DNA of 64,000 bases from a virus. The stretch is from positions 2,610 to 66,609 of IMG/VR virus record IMGVR_UViG_3300042563_002923, one strand, 5' to 3'. Under the pieces are notes generated by a model. That model had not been told where the DNA came from and did not search any database. It saw only the letters and a list, made by a program, of their open reading frames with translations. Positions 16,638-26,739 of the stretch are shown piece by piece (within the stretch, counting starts at the first letter, position 1; the number at the start of each line of letters is the position of its first letter). Made by a program: the position numbers and the translations under genes.

Positions 16638-17333
16638 TTAGACGAAAAAATTTTGTAGACCTTCTAAATCTACAATATTTGTTTTTTTACAACTAGGACA
16701 GTCTGTTTCTATATGTTGTACTATTTTTGGAATATTTCTAAAAAACTCTTCAAGTTTATCAAATTGCTTTTTTGTAAAAGAACTAACAAACGTGTTCAAC
16801 TCTTCTTCGGTGTATGATGTTTTATCAAAATAATCATCTTTGGTAAACACTGCATCTACACAATCTGTTATTAGTTCTACAATACGGGTACTATTTGAAT
16901 TATCTCTTATAGACAACATTTCGTCGAACTGCGGATATCTTAGTATCACTCCAATATCTTCAGTTAATAATACTTTATTTGTTGTAGATTCATCCTTAAC
17001 TACCGTTAATTTTGTTATATCTAATGTGTGATCTATTTTTGTTCCACATTCGCAATTAATTACGATGTCTGCAGTTTCACTAATTGATTTTGCTCGTATA
17101 TTTAAAAATAAGTATTCAACATCAAAGTGAGCTAATTTTGATATATTTAATTTATTGAATGTGCAATTATCAACTAATTCAGTTACAACTCTTGTTATTT
17201 CTGAAACATCTGCTTCTACAGTTGTTAAGAGTATTTTATATTCTTTTACTAAAAATGGTCTGTACTTAACTTTTTTATTTGTAGATGGTAGTATTAATTC
17301 ATACGTTGGGGTTTCTAATATAGGCAATGCCAT
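16638..17333 (-). CDS. 26: baseplate hub assembly chaperone gp26-like
   Basis: MALP..ETPTYEL.LPS..KKVKYRPFLVKE.KILL, FDVEYLFL.IRAKS, C.C and CPSC motifs, LEGLQNFF end. Confidence 0.9.
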   Translation of the reverse strand: MALPILETPTYELILPSTNKKVKYRPFLVKEYKILLTTVEADVSEITRVVTELVDNCTFNKLNISKLAHFDVEYLFLNIRAKSISETADIVINCECGTKIDHTLDITKLTVVKDESTTNKVLLTEDIGVILRYPQFDEMLSIRDNSNSTRIVELITDCVDAVFTKDDYFDKTSYTEEELNTFVSSFTKKQFDKLEEFFRNIPKIVQHIETDCPSCKKTNIVDLEGLQNFFV

Positions 17334-17374
17334 GATGTATCCTTATAAAATAACTTGCAAAATATCTAATGTTA

Positions 17375-18106
17375 TTATAGTCCACCGCGTGTGCCGCGAT
17401 CAAGGCCACCAATAACAGGAGATGCTCTATCGATAACTGGTGATGGGTTAATAAGATTATTAATAAACGGAGGTCTCAATTTTGGATCAAAATTTGTTTT
17501 TGCTCCGCGGCCTCTGAAACTAGGATGTTCAGCAAACCAACGTCTGTATGTAAATGTCATGTTTAATCTACCTGCTTGATTTACTGCACCAGAACTAAGA
17601 TCTACTAAACTCATTGCACGCGGAAAAGCGTCTTCTAAATAAATTGAATACGTTTCCTCATCTTTTATATCTACCTGATTGTCAAAAGTAAGCAGATTTA
17701 CCGATGAAACTTTTGGAGCCAATTGAGATATTTTAATTTGAGACACATATTCTTCGGAATAGTTGACATTAAATGAGTTTGGGTTTACTATTTTAAACAT
17801 CCATGCATCAAAAAATGCTTTTACTTTCATTTTTTCATCTAAATAAAACGTCATACTAATAGCTTCGCCATTAAATTCCGATGATACTGGGCGTTGATAT
17901 GCAGGACCATATAATTTTAGTCCCTTAGTTGTTACTGACATTCCCGGCAAATTTGTTATTTCGCAATATAAACTAACTAACCTACTTTCATCTGAAAAAT
18001 TCTGCAGGGCTTTGGGTGGTAATATTTGTACTTCAAATTTATTTGATTTAGCTATACCAGATCTTGATATCTCTGTTCTAAAAGTATCTATATTAAAATT
18101 AGACAT
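17375..18106 (-). CDS. tail tube-like baseplate protein (gp54/gp19 family)
   Basis: AKSNKFEV.I.PP, CE..NLPG, I.MTFY.D....K.FFDAW, AFP, L.MTFTYRRW. Confidence 0.75.
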   Translation of the reverse strand: MSNFNIDTFRTEISRSGIAKSNKFEVQILPPKALQNFSDESRLVSLYCEITNLPGMSVTTKGLKLYGPAYQRPVSSEFNGEAISMTFYLDEKMKVKAFFDAWMFKIVNPNSFNVNYSEEYVSQIKISQLAPKVSSVNLLTFDNQVDIKDEETYSIYLEDAFPRAMSLVDLSSGAVNQAGRLNMTFTYRRWFAEHPSFRGRGAKTNFDPKLRPPFINNLINPSPVIDRASPVIGGLDRGTRGGL

Positions 18107-18117
18107 TAGGTTCCTTA

Positions 18118-18684
18118 TTATTGACTTCTATTAGCATCTTGCCACACTGCAGTCTTTTGTGCACCTACAAATTTTTCAACCGGTAATTGTGAAGCTGTTA
18201 CCCAATCTTGATAATTAATTTTATAAAATCTTGATTGTACATGACTATTTAAATAATGCTTTACCGCAAATTTTGCGGGACTTAATTTTGATGTTGCATT
18301 TAGCAATTTCCATGATAATTGAATTCGTTTATCACTATTTGTAGTAACAGTATATTGTGTCAATATATCTAAAATTTTAAATCGCATTAGATATGGTAAG
18401 TAATGTAGGTTTATGCCGTAAAATCCACCAGGTACTTTTCTAAAAGGTAATACTAGCGGCATTCTATCATAATAAGGTAGTTCATTTTTAAATTTAGGAT
18501 CATACATGAACAGATACATTTCACCCGGCATAATAGTCGTAACCATCGGGGTTTCCCGCAATACCTGTCCGGTAGATCCCGCCATTTTTCCTAAATTAAG
18601 AACTTGTTGTCTATACCATTGGTAGGATTTCTCCTGACCCGCGGCATTTAGGCGTATTGTTTCAAAAGGACTTTTCGTTGCCAT
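18118..18684 (-). CDS. 2: DNA end protector protein gp2
   Basis: PGEMYLF.YDPK.K..LPYYDR.PLV, GINLHYLP...R, VKHYL..HV.SRF. Confidence 0.9.
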   Translation of the reverse strand: MATKSPFETIRLNAAGQEKSYQWYRQQVLNLGKMAGSTGQVLRETPMVTTIMPGEMYLFMYDPKFKNELPYYDRMPLVLPFRKVPGGFYGINLHYLPYLMRFKILDILTQYTVTTNSDKRIQLSWKLLNATSKLSPAKFAVKHYLNSHVQSRFYKINYQDWVTASQLPVEKFVGAQKTAVWQDANRSQ

Positions 18685-19135
18685 TTAATTTTTTAATTCC
18701 CAAATCTTTTTCTGTTAAAATAACAAATTTCATGTTACGATCTTTACAAAATTCAAATGCTGCTTTCCACTTAGCATCATTAACCCCATATTGAAATACC
18801 TCATCTATAAATCGTTTTGTCTTTTTCTTTGGTATTTCTGGAGGTTTAGTAAATTTTTCCGGTTTAATCTCTATTAAGTACTTTTCTGTGCTATTTGTCT
18901 TAGTAAGGACCTTTATATAGAAATCTACAAAATATCTATGTGCTTTATTGTCAATCGGCGAAATATATGGGATTATTACTGTTTCCGATCCCCATTCCAC
19001 CACGGAAATGCTGCTATCGCACCATTTCATAAATTTAAGCTCCCACAAAGAACGATATACAATATTTGTGATATCTCCCTTATATTTTGTAGCATTTACT
19101 ACTCTAAATCGGCCCTTGTAGGTTTTGGTGTACAT
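18662..19135 (-). CDS. 4: head completion nuclease gp4
   Basis: KYKGD...IVYRSLWE.KFM.WCD, HRYFVDF, IEIKP, N.AKWKAA..FC, ILTEKDL. Confidence 0.92.
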   Translation of the reverse strand: MYTKTYKGRFRVVNATKYKGDITNIVYRSLWELKFMKWCDSSISVVEWGSETVIIPYISPIDNKAHRYFVDFYIKVLTKTNSTEKYLIEIKPEKFTKPPEIPKKKTKRFIDEVFQYGVNDAKWKAAFEFCKDRNMKFVILTEKDLGIKKLNGNEKSF

Positions 19136-19141
19136 AACTCA

Positions 19142-19171
19142 TATAAATAATTAATAACTATAATATTTATA
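19142..19171. promoter_or_regulatory. pair of opposed late promoters serving the two divergent structural operons
   Basis: TATAAATA on + at 19142-19149 and on - at 19164-19171. Confidence 0.8.
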
Positions 19172-19179
19172 GGAAACAA

Positions 19180-20385
19180 ATGGCTGATAATATCAATCCA
19201 AACTACACAAATATCAGGGCTACCGAATATAATAATAAAAATCCATTTGACAGTATACGACAAAAAAATAATGGATACAACATAGGTACACTTAGTTATC
19301 CTGCAGGATTGGGCGTACAGCCGGATTTACAACATTATGTAACATTTTTTATAAATGTTCGAAGTAAATCTAAATTTGTCAAAGACAATTCTTATAAGGT
19401 TATTGCAGATAAAACAGGTGAAGCAGCCGGTGGGAGTGTAAGGAATACTTTAAACCCGCAGGATACCGCATCCAAGTTAATTTTTGGCGGGATGTTGGGA
19501 TTATCTGTATATGGAGCAGGCAAAGGCTTGGCAACAGCAGCCGGACAAATATTAGGGGTATCAAATAATACAAATCCTACAAATAAACCATCCAATCAAC
19601 CGGCCGCGGCAAGGGTTGCCGGAAAAGCATCGGCCGCTACGCTATTTGGGGGTATACTGGCCGCGGCTGGCGCCGTAGGTGCAGGCAGTTTAGTATTGGG
19701 CTCACAGATACTGCAAAAAGATTCTACTCAAAGACTCATAGACGTAATAACATTACAAATGCAGGAAAAACCTAGTGTAACTTACGGTATAAACTACCAA
19801 GATAAAGATTTAGGAATTTTAGGTGGTTTTTTGGGCGGAGATAACTCCGCAGCAGATTCTGTAAATTCTACAACCAGGGGCGAAGGCCTTGCAATTCAAG
19901 CAGCCCTAAAGGTTGCACAGATACCATCAATATTGCCGGGAATGGGCGGATTGGGTAATATATCAGACATTGTACAATTCGGAGCAAAAGTAAAAACAAA
20001 TCCTTTCAGAGAAGTATTTTTTGAAGGGGTTGATTATCGTAAATTTAATTTTAGATATAAATTTATGCCAAAAAATAAAGGCGAAGTTTTATCTGTTTAT
20101 AATATCATTAGTAAATTTAAGGAACACATGCATCCCGAATTAGCAGCCGGCGGAGCATTTTTTGTATATCCTTCTGAGTTTGAAATTGCCTATTATTATA
20201 ATAATAAAGAAAATGGTTATTTTAATAAAATTGCAACCTGCGCACTAACAGATTTGAGTGTTGATTATGGGGGCGAGCAATTCTCATCTTTTTCAGATGG
20301 TGCTCCCACTGAAATTAATTTAACATTGAGTTTTAGAGAACTAGAACTTATTACAAAAGAATCTATAAGAACTCGAGGATATTAA
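19180..20385 (+). CDS. 48: baseplate tail tube cap gp48-like
   Basis: NPFREVFFEGVDYRKFNF.YKFMPKN..E...I..FKEHMHP, YPSEFEI, C.LT...VDY, L.F.ELE..T. Confidence 0.85.
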   Translation: MADNINPNYTNIRATEYNNKNPFDSIRQKNNGYNIGTLSYPAGLGVQPDLQHYVTFFINVRSKSKFVKDNSYKVIADKTGEAAGGSVRNTLNPQDTASKLIFGGMLGLSVYGAGKGLATAAGQILGVSNNTNPTNKPSNQPAAARVAGKASAATLFGGILAAAGAVGAGSLVLGSQILQKDSTQRLIDVITLQMQEKPSVTYGINYQDKDLGILGGFLGGDNSAADSVNSTTRGEGLAIQAALKVAQIPSILPGMGGLGNISDIVQFGAKVKTNPFREVFFEGVDYRKFNFRYKFMPKNKGEVLSVYNIISKFKEHMHPELAAGGAFFVYPSEFEIAYYYNNKENGYFNKIATCALTDLSVDYGGEQFSSFSDGAPTEINLTLSFRELELITKESIRTRGY

Positions 20386-20982
20386 ATGTTTTTTGAAAAA
20401 TTTCCTTTATTGTTATATACGTTAGATAATAATCGTACAGTGCAAACTGTTCCAGATATTTTAAGACGTGCAGTATTGTCTAATGAATTAAAAAACAACA
20501 GTTCTGTTTTTGATCAGTATGATATTAAAGATGGAGAAACTCCTGAAATTGTTGCCGATTATTGGTACGGAGATTCTAACCTGCATTGGGTTATTCTAAT
20601 TGCCAACGATATTATAGATCCCAGATTTGATTGGCCAATGAGCTATTATAATTTAGTAGAATTTGTAAAGGGCAAGTACGGAGAAGAAGATGTGAATAGC
20701 CTACATCATTATGTTAACCCGCAAGAATATATTGTATCCGGTTATAGAGCAATGGTTGAAAATTCTTCATATACATTACCACAATCAATACAGTTTCAGG
20801 CAACAACCGGCGTACAACAAATTAATTTAGTTCTACAAAATTTTCCAACAGGGTCGTTATTTCCAGTTACAAATCTTATGTATGAAACTGCCGAGAATGA
20901 GAAAAAGAGAAGAATTAATATCCTAAAACCCGAAATTGTTTCTACCGTTGAAACAAACTTTAACACAATCATTCAACAATGA
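20386..20982 (+). CDS. 53: baseplate wedge subunit gp53
   Basis: FF..FP, YDIKDGETPE.VA..WYGD..LHWVIL..N.I.DP..DWP, NEKKRRI. Confidence 0.9.
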   Translation: MFFEKFPLLLYTLDNNRTVQTVPDILRRAVLSNELKNNSSVFDQYDIKDGETPEIVADYWYGDSNLHWVILIANDIIDPRFDWPMSYYNLVEFVKGKYGEEDVNSLHHYVNPQEYIVSGYRAMVENSSYTLPQSIQFQATTGVQQINLVLQNFPTGSLFPVTNLMYETAENEKKRRINILKPEIVSTVETNFNTIIQQ

Positions 20983-22340
20983 GTATTTCTACACAATCTT
21001 CTCTGCAAGCAGCGGGTGAAATAAATATTGAACAACTATTTCTAGTCTCGACTAAAGGAACGATATCTTTAACAGATTATCTTGTTGAATTGAATATTTA
21101 CGAAAGTATTTTTAATAACGTATTATCCGGAGATATTTTATTATCTGATAGTAGAAATTTACCAAAAGAATTAGATTTAGTTGGGGATGAGTATCTAGTT
21201 ATTAAAGTTACTACACCAGGACTTATTAATTCAATATATAAAACTTTTAAAATTATTTCAATTGCAGATCGTATACCGGTCAGAGATCAAAACACACAAT
21301 TATACAAATTTAAATTTATATCTCAAGAAGCATTAATAGATTCATTGAGTCCGTTATATAATGCATTTTCGGGACAAGTTGATACTATAATAGATAAAAT
21401 TTTTACAGATAATTTAGCAATTTCAAGAAATCTTGTATATAACGAAACAAATAATAAATTGTCTGAGAGCAAAGAAAAAACTGCGTTGGTTGTTTTTTCA
21501 GAGGCAGCAAATAAAGTTAAATTTGTAAGTCCTGCATGGACACCTTTTCAATGTATAAATTGGTTGGCAAAAAAATCATTACCTAAATCGGGTAAAGCGT
21601 GTAACTTTTTATTCTGGGAAACTAATCGAGCATTTTATTTAGGAAGTCTTGAAGACATATTTGACAAAGAAACATCTATAGGAAGATATGAGTATAAGGC
21701 AACAGGCGTACTAGGTCCGTCTGACGATACTGTAGAAAAAATGGCATTAATCCAATCGGTACAAATACTAAATGGATTGGATTATTTGGATAATCTAGAC
21801 AATGGATATTTTGCAAGTAAATTAGTATCTTTAGATATATTTAAAAAACAAAGAACAATTACGGACTACGATCACGTTAGTAACTTTTCTTCCTATAAAC
21901 ATCTTTCTGGTAAAAATTCTATACCATTATTTAAACCGGAAAATATTGTTAGAAACTTAAACAGTCACACTAAAGTATATCCGTCGGCATCTAGTATCCA
22001 TACGGGAATTGAAAATAATTTTAACGATAGAATGGGAGAATTGTATGGTAATCGTTTATCAAACTTACTTGAACTTAATTCGTTGAAGCTGAATATTTCA
22101 ATATACGGCAGGACAGATGTTGAAGCAGGCAGATTAATAGAAATTAAATTTCCAGATATGTCGCCCGTAGATGAATCAGATATAACGTCTGAGCATTTAG
22201 ATTCACGATATTCTGGGAATTATCTAATAACTTCTATTCATCATAAAATTAATTTTTTAAAACATATGATAACAATGGAAGTTGTCCGGGATTCATTGTC
22301 AGGATCCCCCACAGATTACCTAAGAAATTCTTCGAGATAA
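20979..22340 (+). CDS. baseplate hub protein (gp27-like)
   Basis: IYESIF, P.WTPF..INWL, FLFWET, SGNYLIT.I.H; located between gp53 and gp5. Confidence 0.7.
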   Translation: MSISTQSSLQAAGEINIEQLFLVSTKGTISLTDYLVELNIYESIFNNVLSGDILLSDSRNLPKELDLVGDEYLVIKVTTPGLINSIYKTFKIISIADRIPVRDQNTQLYKFKFISQEALIDSLSPLYNAFSGQVDTIIDKIFTDNLAISRNLVYNETNNKLSESKEKTALVVFSEAANKVKFVSPAWTPFQCINWLAKKSLPKSGKACNFLFWETNRAFYLGSLEDIFDKETSIGRYEYKATGVLGPSDDTVEKMALIQSVQILNGLDYLDNLDNGYFASKLVSLDIFKKQRTITDYDHVSNFSSYKHLSGKNSIPLFKPENIVRNLNSHTKVYPSASSIHTGIENNFNDRMGELYGNRLSNLLELNSLKLNISIYGRTDVEAGRLIEIKFPDMSPVDESDITSEHLDSRYSGNYLITSIHHKINFLKHMITMEVVRDSLSGSPTDYLRNSSR

Positions 22341-22344
22341 TGTT

Positions 22345-24408
22345 ATGAACAATTTATATTTAAATCAAAATTTTAACTTTTGGGTAGGGATTGTTGAAGA
22401 TAGAAAAGATCCTGAAAAAATAGGTAGATGCAAAGTTAGGATATTTGGATATCACACAGATGATATTAGTATATTACCTACAAACGATTTACCGTGGGCA
22501 ACTCCTATGATGCCAATTACGTCTGCAAGTACTTCAGGCGTCGGTGTCTCTCCGTTAGGACCAGTTGAAGGAACTTGGGTCGTAGGTTGGTTTTTAGATG
22601 GTGAAGAAAAACAACAACCTGTAATGATGGGAACCTTTGCTGGAAAACCGGATAAAACCCCCACCGTTGAAAAACTACTAATAAATGAAGAAGTTAAAGC
22701 AGGCAATGTTGTAACCACATCGTTTGGTGCTGTGGTTTATGATGGTAACGGGCAACCATTAAAATTAGATAATGCAAATACGGAACCTACATTACCAACT
22801 GATCTAGACATTCCTTCGGTGTTGCCGCACCCATCAAATCCCACTCAAAATCCCGCAGGCCCTTTGAACGATCCAGCATTTGCTTCACAAAGAGGGTTTA
22901 GCGATCCGAATAAAATTTATCCAAAAATTGATTATGCTGGGTTGCCGGATACAAATAAATTAGCGACAGAAGATACATCTCACAAATCTTTTAAAACAAA
23001 AGAATATTACCGTAAAAAAGATATACCCACCGCATCTGGCGGAAGTAATTGGTCCGAACCTACAACAGCTTATAATGCACGGTATCCTTATAATCAAGTA
23101 ATTGAAACTGAAGCGGGCCACGTTATTGAATTAGATTCAAGTCCAAATGCTGAAAGAATTCATATTTACCATAAAAAAGGTACTTATATTGAAATAGATA
23201 TAAATGGTACAATGGTTAAAAAAGTAATTGGCGACAGTTACGAGGTATGCGATAATAATGGATATGTATATGTTAAAGGTGCACTCAATTTAACAGTAGG
23301 AGGACCGACAAAAATCTTAGTACAAAATAATGCAGACATCGAAGTAAATGGTGCTTTGAATATAACAAGCAACGGATCAACTTTAGTACAATCTGCAAAA
23401 ACTGTTCAAGTTGTTGCTAAAGATATTAAAGTTTCTGGAAAATCTAGTTTAGAATTAACAAGTGACGGGCCCGTCAATATTCAGGGTAGCAGTATTACTA
23501 TGAATGCCAAATCGGGTGCATTTGCAGCTAAGGCAAGCAAAGATATTGCTTTACAGTCTGGGGCAGCATCAACTGCAAGTATTAAAGGTGGGTTAGAATT
23601 ATTATTAGATGCCGTAACTGTTAAAACAAAAATGGGCGCAGCTACTATATCTACTACAAAATTACCGGTATATGCTCCGCCCGAGGAAAAAACAGTTGCA
23701 ACAGTTTCTGGCAAATCCAACTTAACTAGACCAGATGCCCCGGCGGGCATATTCCTTGGAGATAGTTTGGAATCTGAAGCAGCGGATCTTGCTAAAAAGC
23801 GTTTGGAGTCAGGTGAGGTTAATTCTTCAATAAAATCTCTTTCCGGATCAGAAACAGATACAAATACTGCAACAACGGGCAAACCTATAACAGTTGATTC
23901 TTCTGAATTTGAGAATTACAATAATTTCCCAGATTCATTAAAATTATCAAAATATATTTACCTCGGAGATGTGTCAACCAAAGCATCCGCAACCTCATAT
24001 GCGGTACAAGCTCAAAATGGATTAACTGCTGCACAAATCGTTGGCAATTTAAAATATCTTTCAGTTAATGTGCTTGATAAAATTAAAGATCAATATCCAG
24101 ATATGGTAATAACAAGCGGGTTTAGATCAAGGCCATCTAATTCGGATCACAATTTAGGGCAAGCAGTAGATTTACAGTTTAAATCCCATTCATTCTCAGA
24201 TTACTATAGTATTGCAGAATGGATTAAAAATAATGTTCCATATAAACAGGTATTACTAGAATATGCATCAAGACCATCTGGAACGATTGCTTGGATTCAT
24301 GTCGCAGCTGCATCAAATGGAGCAAAATCTCCGATGCCAATTGGTACGCTTGCAAATCATAGTGCAGACGCCCCGGGTCGAAGAAATGCCTTCGTAAAAT
24401 TGGTATAA
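22345..24408 (+). CDS. 5: baseplate hub / tail spike gp5 with C-terminal peptidase M15-like domain
   Basis: OB-fold WVGIVEDRKDP..IGRCKVRIFGYH...LPWA; YPYNQV.ETEAGH; beta-helix repeats; C-terminal TSGFR...SDH..GQAVD...WIHV. Confidence 0.9.
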   Translation: MNNLYLNQNFNFWVGIVEDRKDPEKIGRCKVRIFGYHTDDISILPTNDLPWATPMMPITSASTSGVGVSPLGPVEGTWVVGWFLDGEEKQQPVMMGTFAGKPDKTPTVEKLLINEEVKAGNVVTTSFGAVVYDGNGQPLKLDNANTEPTLPTDLDIPSVLPHPSNPTQNPAGPLNDPAFASQRGFSDPNKIYPKIDYAGLPDTNKLATEDTSHKSFKTKEYYRKKDIPTASGGSNWSEPTTAYNARYPYNQVIETEAGHVIELDSSPNAERIHIYHKKGTYIEIDINGTMVKKVIGDSYEVCDNNGYVYVKGALNLTVGGPTKILVQNNADIEVNGALNITSNGSTLVQSAKTVQVVAKDIKVSGKSSLELTSDGPVNIQGSSITMNAKSGAFAAKASKDIALQSGAASTASIKGGLELLLDAVTVKTKMGAATISTTKLPVYAPPEEKTVATVSGKSNLTRPDAPAGIFLGDSLESEAADLAKKRLESGEVNSSIKSLSGSETDTNTATTGKPITVDSSEFENYNNFPDSLKLSKYIYLGDVSTKASATSYAVQAQNGLTAAQIVGNLKYLSVNVLDKIKDQYPDMVITSGFRSRPSNSDHNLGQAVDLQFKSHSFSDYYSIAEWIKNNVPYKQVLLEYASRPSGTIAWIHVAAASNGAKSPMPIGTLANHSADAPGRRNAFVKLV

Positions 24409-24411
24409 ATA
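24404..24411 (+). promoter_or_regulatory. T4-type late promoter
   Basis: TATAAATA upstream of gp25. Confidence 0.6.
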
Positions 24412-24469
24412 AAAGGATGTTATTTATTATTTCGATCATCTAGCAATAAAATTATAATAAATATTAAAA

Positions 24470-24871
24470 ATGGCTACTACAACTAGAAACGTACGAAGAT
24501 ACACAGATATAAATCTGATGTTCTCTCCCCATCCTTATTCTAAAGATATTCTTACTAGAAAAAACGCGGATGCGGTAAAGTCATCTATACAAAATCTAAT
24601 ATTAACAAAAAATTACGAAAGACCGTTTCATCCAGAGATAGGTAGTCAGGTAAGTGCGTTAATGTTTGAAAATCTTATGCCTTCTACAATTGTTGCAATT
24701 GAAAGATCTATAAGAAATACAATAGAAAAATTTGAACCAAGAGCATCAATATTGGATGTTCAAATTTTAGATAATTCCGATAACAATGCACTTGATATAG
24801 AAGTAACATTTGTCCTTAGTAATGTTGCATTGCCAATAACAGTAACAACAACAATTAGTAGAGTAAGATAA
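24470..24871 (+). CDS. 25: baseplate wedge subunit gp25
   Basis: AVK.SI.NLILT..YERPFHPEIGS, I.KFEPR. Confidence 0.93.
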   Translation: MATTTRNVRRYTDINLMFSPHPYSKDILTRKNADAVKSSIQNLILTKNYERPFHPEIGSQVSALMFENLMPSTIVAIERSIRNTIEKFEPRASILDVQILDNSDNNALDIEVTFVLSNVALPITVTTTISRVR

Positions 24872-26739
24872 TGGCAAATTTAAGAATAGCGGAATTAGAT
24901 TTCGATACTATAAAATCCAATTTAAAGGATTTCCTTAAAAATTATACCGATACTGATGGCGCGCCTTACTTTACAGATTTTGATTTTGAAGGATCTGGGT
25001 TATCTATATTATTAGATGTGTTGTCATATAATACTCATTACAATGCGTATTTAGCAAGTATGGTTATAAATGATATGTTTTTAGATTCTGCGGTCAAACG
25101 TGCATCTGCTGTTTCTATCGCAAAACATTTGGGATATACTCCGGTATCAGCAATTGGTGCAAGAGCTACAATATCATTTACAGTAACTGACGTAACAAAT
25201 TCTCCTAATTTTTTAACTCTAGATAAATTTACTCCATTTACAACTTTTGTAAATGAGTCTACACTAACATTCGTTAATTTGGATGCAAAAACAATACAAC
25301 CTGTAAATGGAATTTATTCATTTGAAGACATTGAGATTGTTGAAGGCATTCCTCTACAGTATGTTTATAGTGTTGAAACCCCTGGACCTTTAGAAAAATA
25401 TACTATTCCAAATGATAATGTTGACACAACAACAATTCAAGTTGTAGTTCAAAATTCTGTGTCGGATTCTACACAAACTGTATATACATTAACTGAAGAT
25501 ACTTTAAATATAGACGGCGAATCCACAGTATTTTTTATTGAAGAAAATCCTTCCGGATTATATCAAATTTACTTTGGTGACGGAGTTATTGGTAAAAAAT
25601 TGGCAAGAAATAATTTAATAACTATAAATTACCTCATAACCAATGGAACCATAGGCAATGTTGCAGGCACACTTTCACAACAATTTACTTGCGGAACAAG
25701 TATTGGCGGCGGAACAGTTTCTGGAACAATAATTGCGGCCACAAATTCAAGAGGTGGCCTTGAAAGAGAAGATATAAATAGTATTAAGTTTAGAGCACCT
25801 AAATTTTCTTCATCATCAAATAGAGCAGTTACAGGCGACGATTATAAAGCAATTATATCAAAAAATTATCCATTGGTTCAATCTGTATCTGTTTGGGGCG
25901 GGGAAGATAATGTTCCTCCAATGTATGGAAAAGTTATAATTTCATTAAATCCATATGAGGGGTATGCTATTACCGAAGGGGTAAAGGCGGACATTAAAAA
26001 TATTATTTTACAAAACAAACAAGTTTTATCTATAATGCCAGAATTTGTTGATCCTGATTATTTTTATATAAATTTATCAGTTAACGTAAAGTATGAAGCC
26101 GGAAAAACTTCCTTATCTTCGACAAATATTAAAAATTTAGTTGTTAACGAAATACAAAACTATTTTTCAACTGATCTTCAACAATTTGATAAAGATTTTG
26201 TATTTTCAAAGTTATCAAGAAATATTGATAATGTAAATGAATATATCATTGGTAATTTAATGACTGTAAAATTACAAAGAAGAATTTCACCCATTTTAAA
26301 TAGTAAATTAAACATTTATACTTTGGGCGATACAATTAATTTTAAAAATGGATTAGTCCCGGGAAGTTTGACAAGCACAAGTTTTGCAGTAAATTATAAA
26401 GGGAATTCTTTGGTTGCAAAAATTAAAGACGTTCCAAATGATTCTGTACCAAATAATACTGGTACAGGTACAGTACAACTTATTGATGCAATTAATGACA
26501 CTTTACTGAATACTGCGTATGGATCTATTAATTATGGTACCGGCGAATTGTCAATAGACAGTTTAGAATTGTTAGGATACCCAACAGAAACTTCAGATAT
26601 TAGAATTACGGCAACCGTGCAAGATGAATATCTAGATGTAAATGTTAGTAAAAATCAAATTATCTTATTAGATGATAGCTCCACCAATATTGATTCAAAT
26701 CGATTACCAGGACTTACAGTTAATGTAATCTCAATATGA
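24871..26739 (+). CDS. 6: baseplate wedge subunit gp6
   Basis: LDFDTIK.NLK, DFDFEGSGLS.LLDVL.YNTHYNA, FGDGVIG, RAVT..DY, VWGGED. Confidence 0.95.
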   Translation: MANLRIAELDFDTIKSNLKDFLKNYTDTDGAPYFTDFDFEGSGLSILLDVLSYNTHYNAYLASMVINDMFLDSAVKRASAVSIAKHLGYTPVSAIGARATISFTVTDVTNSPNFLTLDKFTPFTTFVNESTLTFVNLDAKTIQPVNGIYSFEDIEIVEGIPLQYVYSVETPGPLEKYTIPNDNVDTTTIQVVVQNSVSDSTQTVYTLTEDTLNIDGESTVFFIEENPSGLYQIYFGDGVIGKKLARNNLITINYLITNGTIGNVAGTLSQQFTCGTSIGGGTVSGTIIAATNSRGGLEREDINSIKFRAPKFSSSSNRAVTGDDYKAIISKNYPLVQSVSVWGGEDNVPPMYGKVIISLNPYEGYAITEGVKADIKNIILQNKQVLSIMPEFVDPDYFYINLSVNVKYEAGKTSLSSTNIKNLVVNEIQNYFSTDLQQFDKDFVFSKLSRNIDNVNEYIIGNLMTVKLQRRISPILNSKLNIYTLGDTINFKNGLVPGSLTSTSFAVNYKGNSLVAKIKDVPNDSVPNNTGTGTVQLIDAINDTLLNTAYGSINYGTGELSIDSLELLGYPTETSDIRITATVQDEYLDVNVSKNQIILLDDSSTNIDSNRLPGLTVNVISI

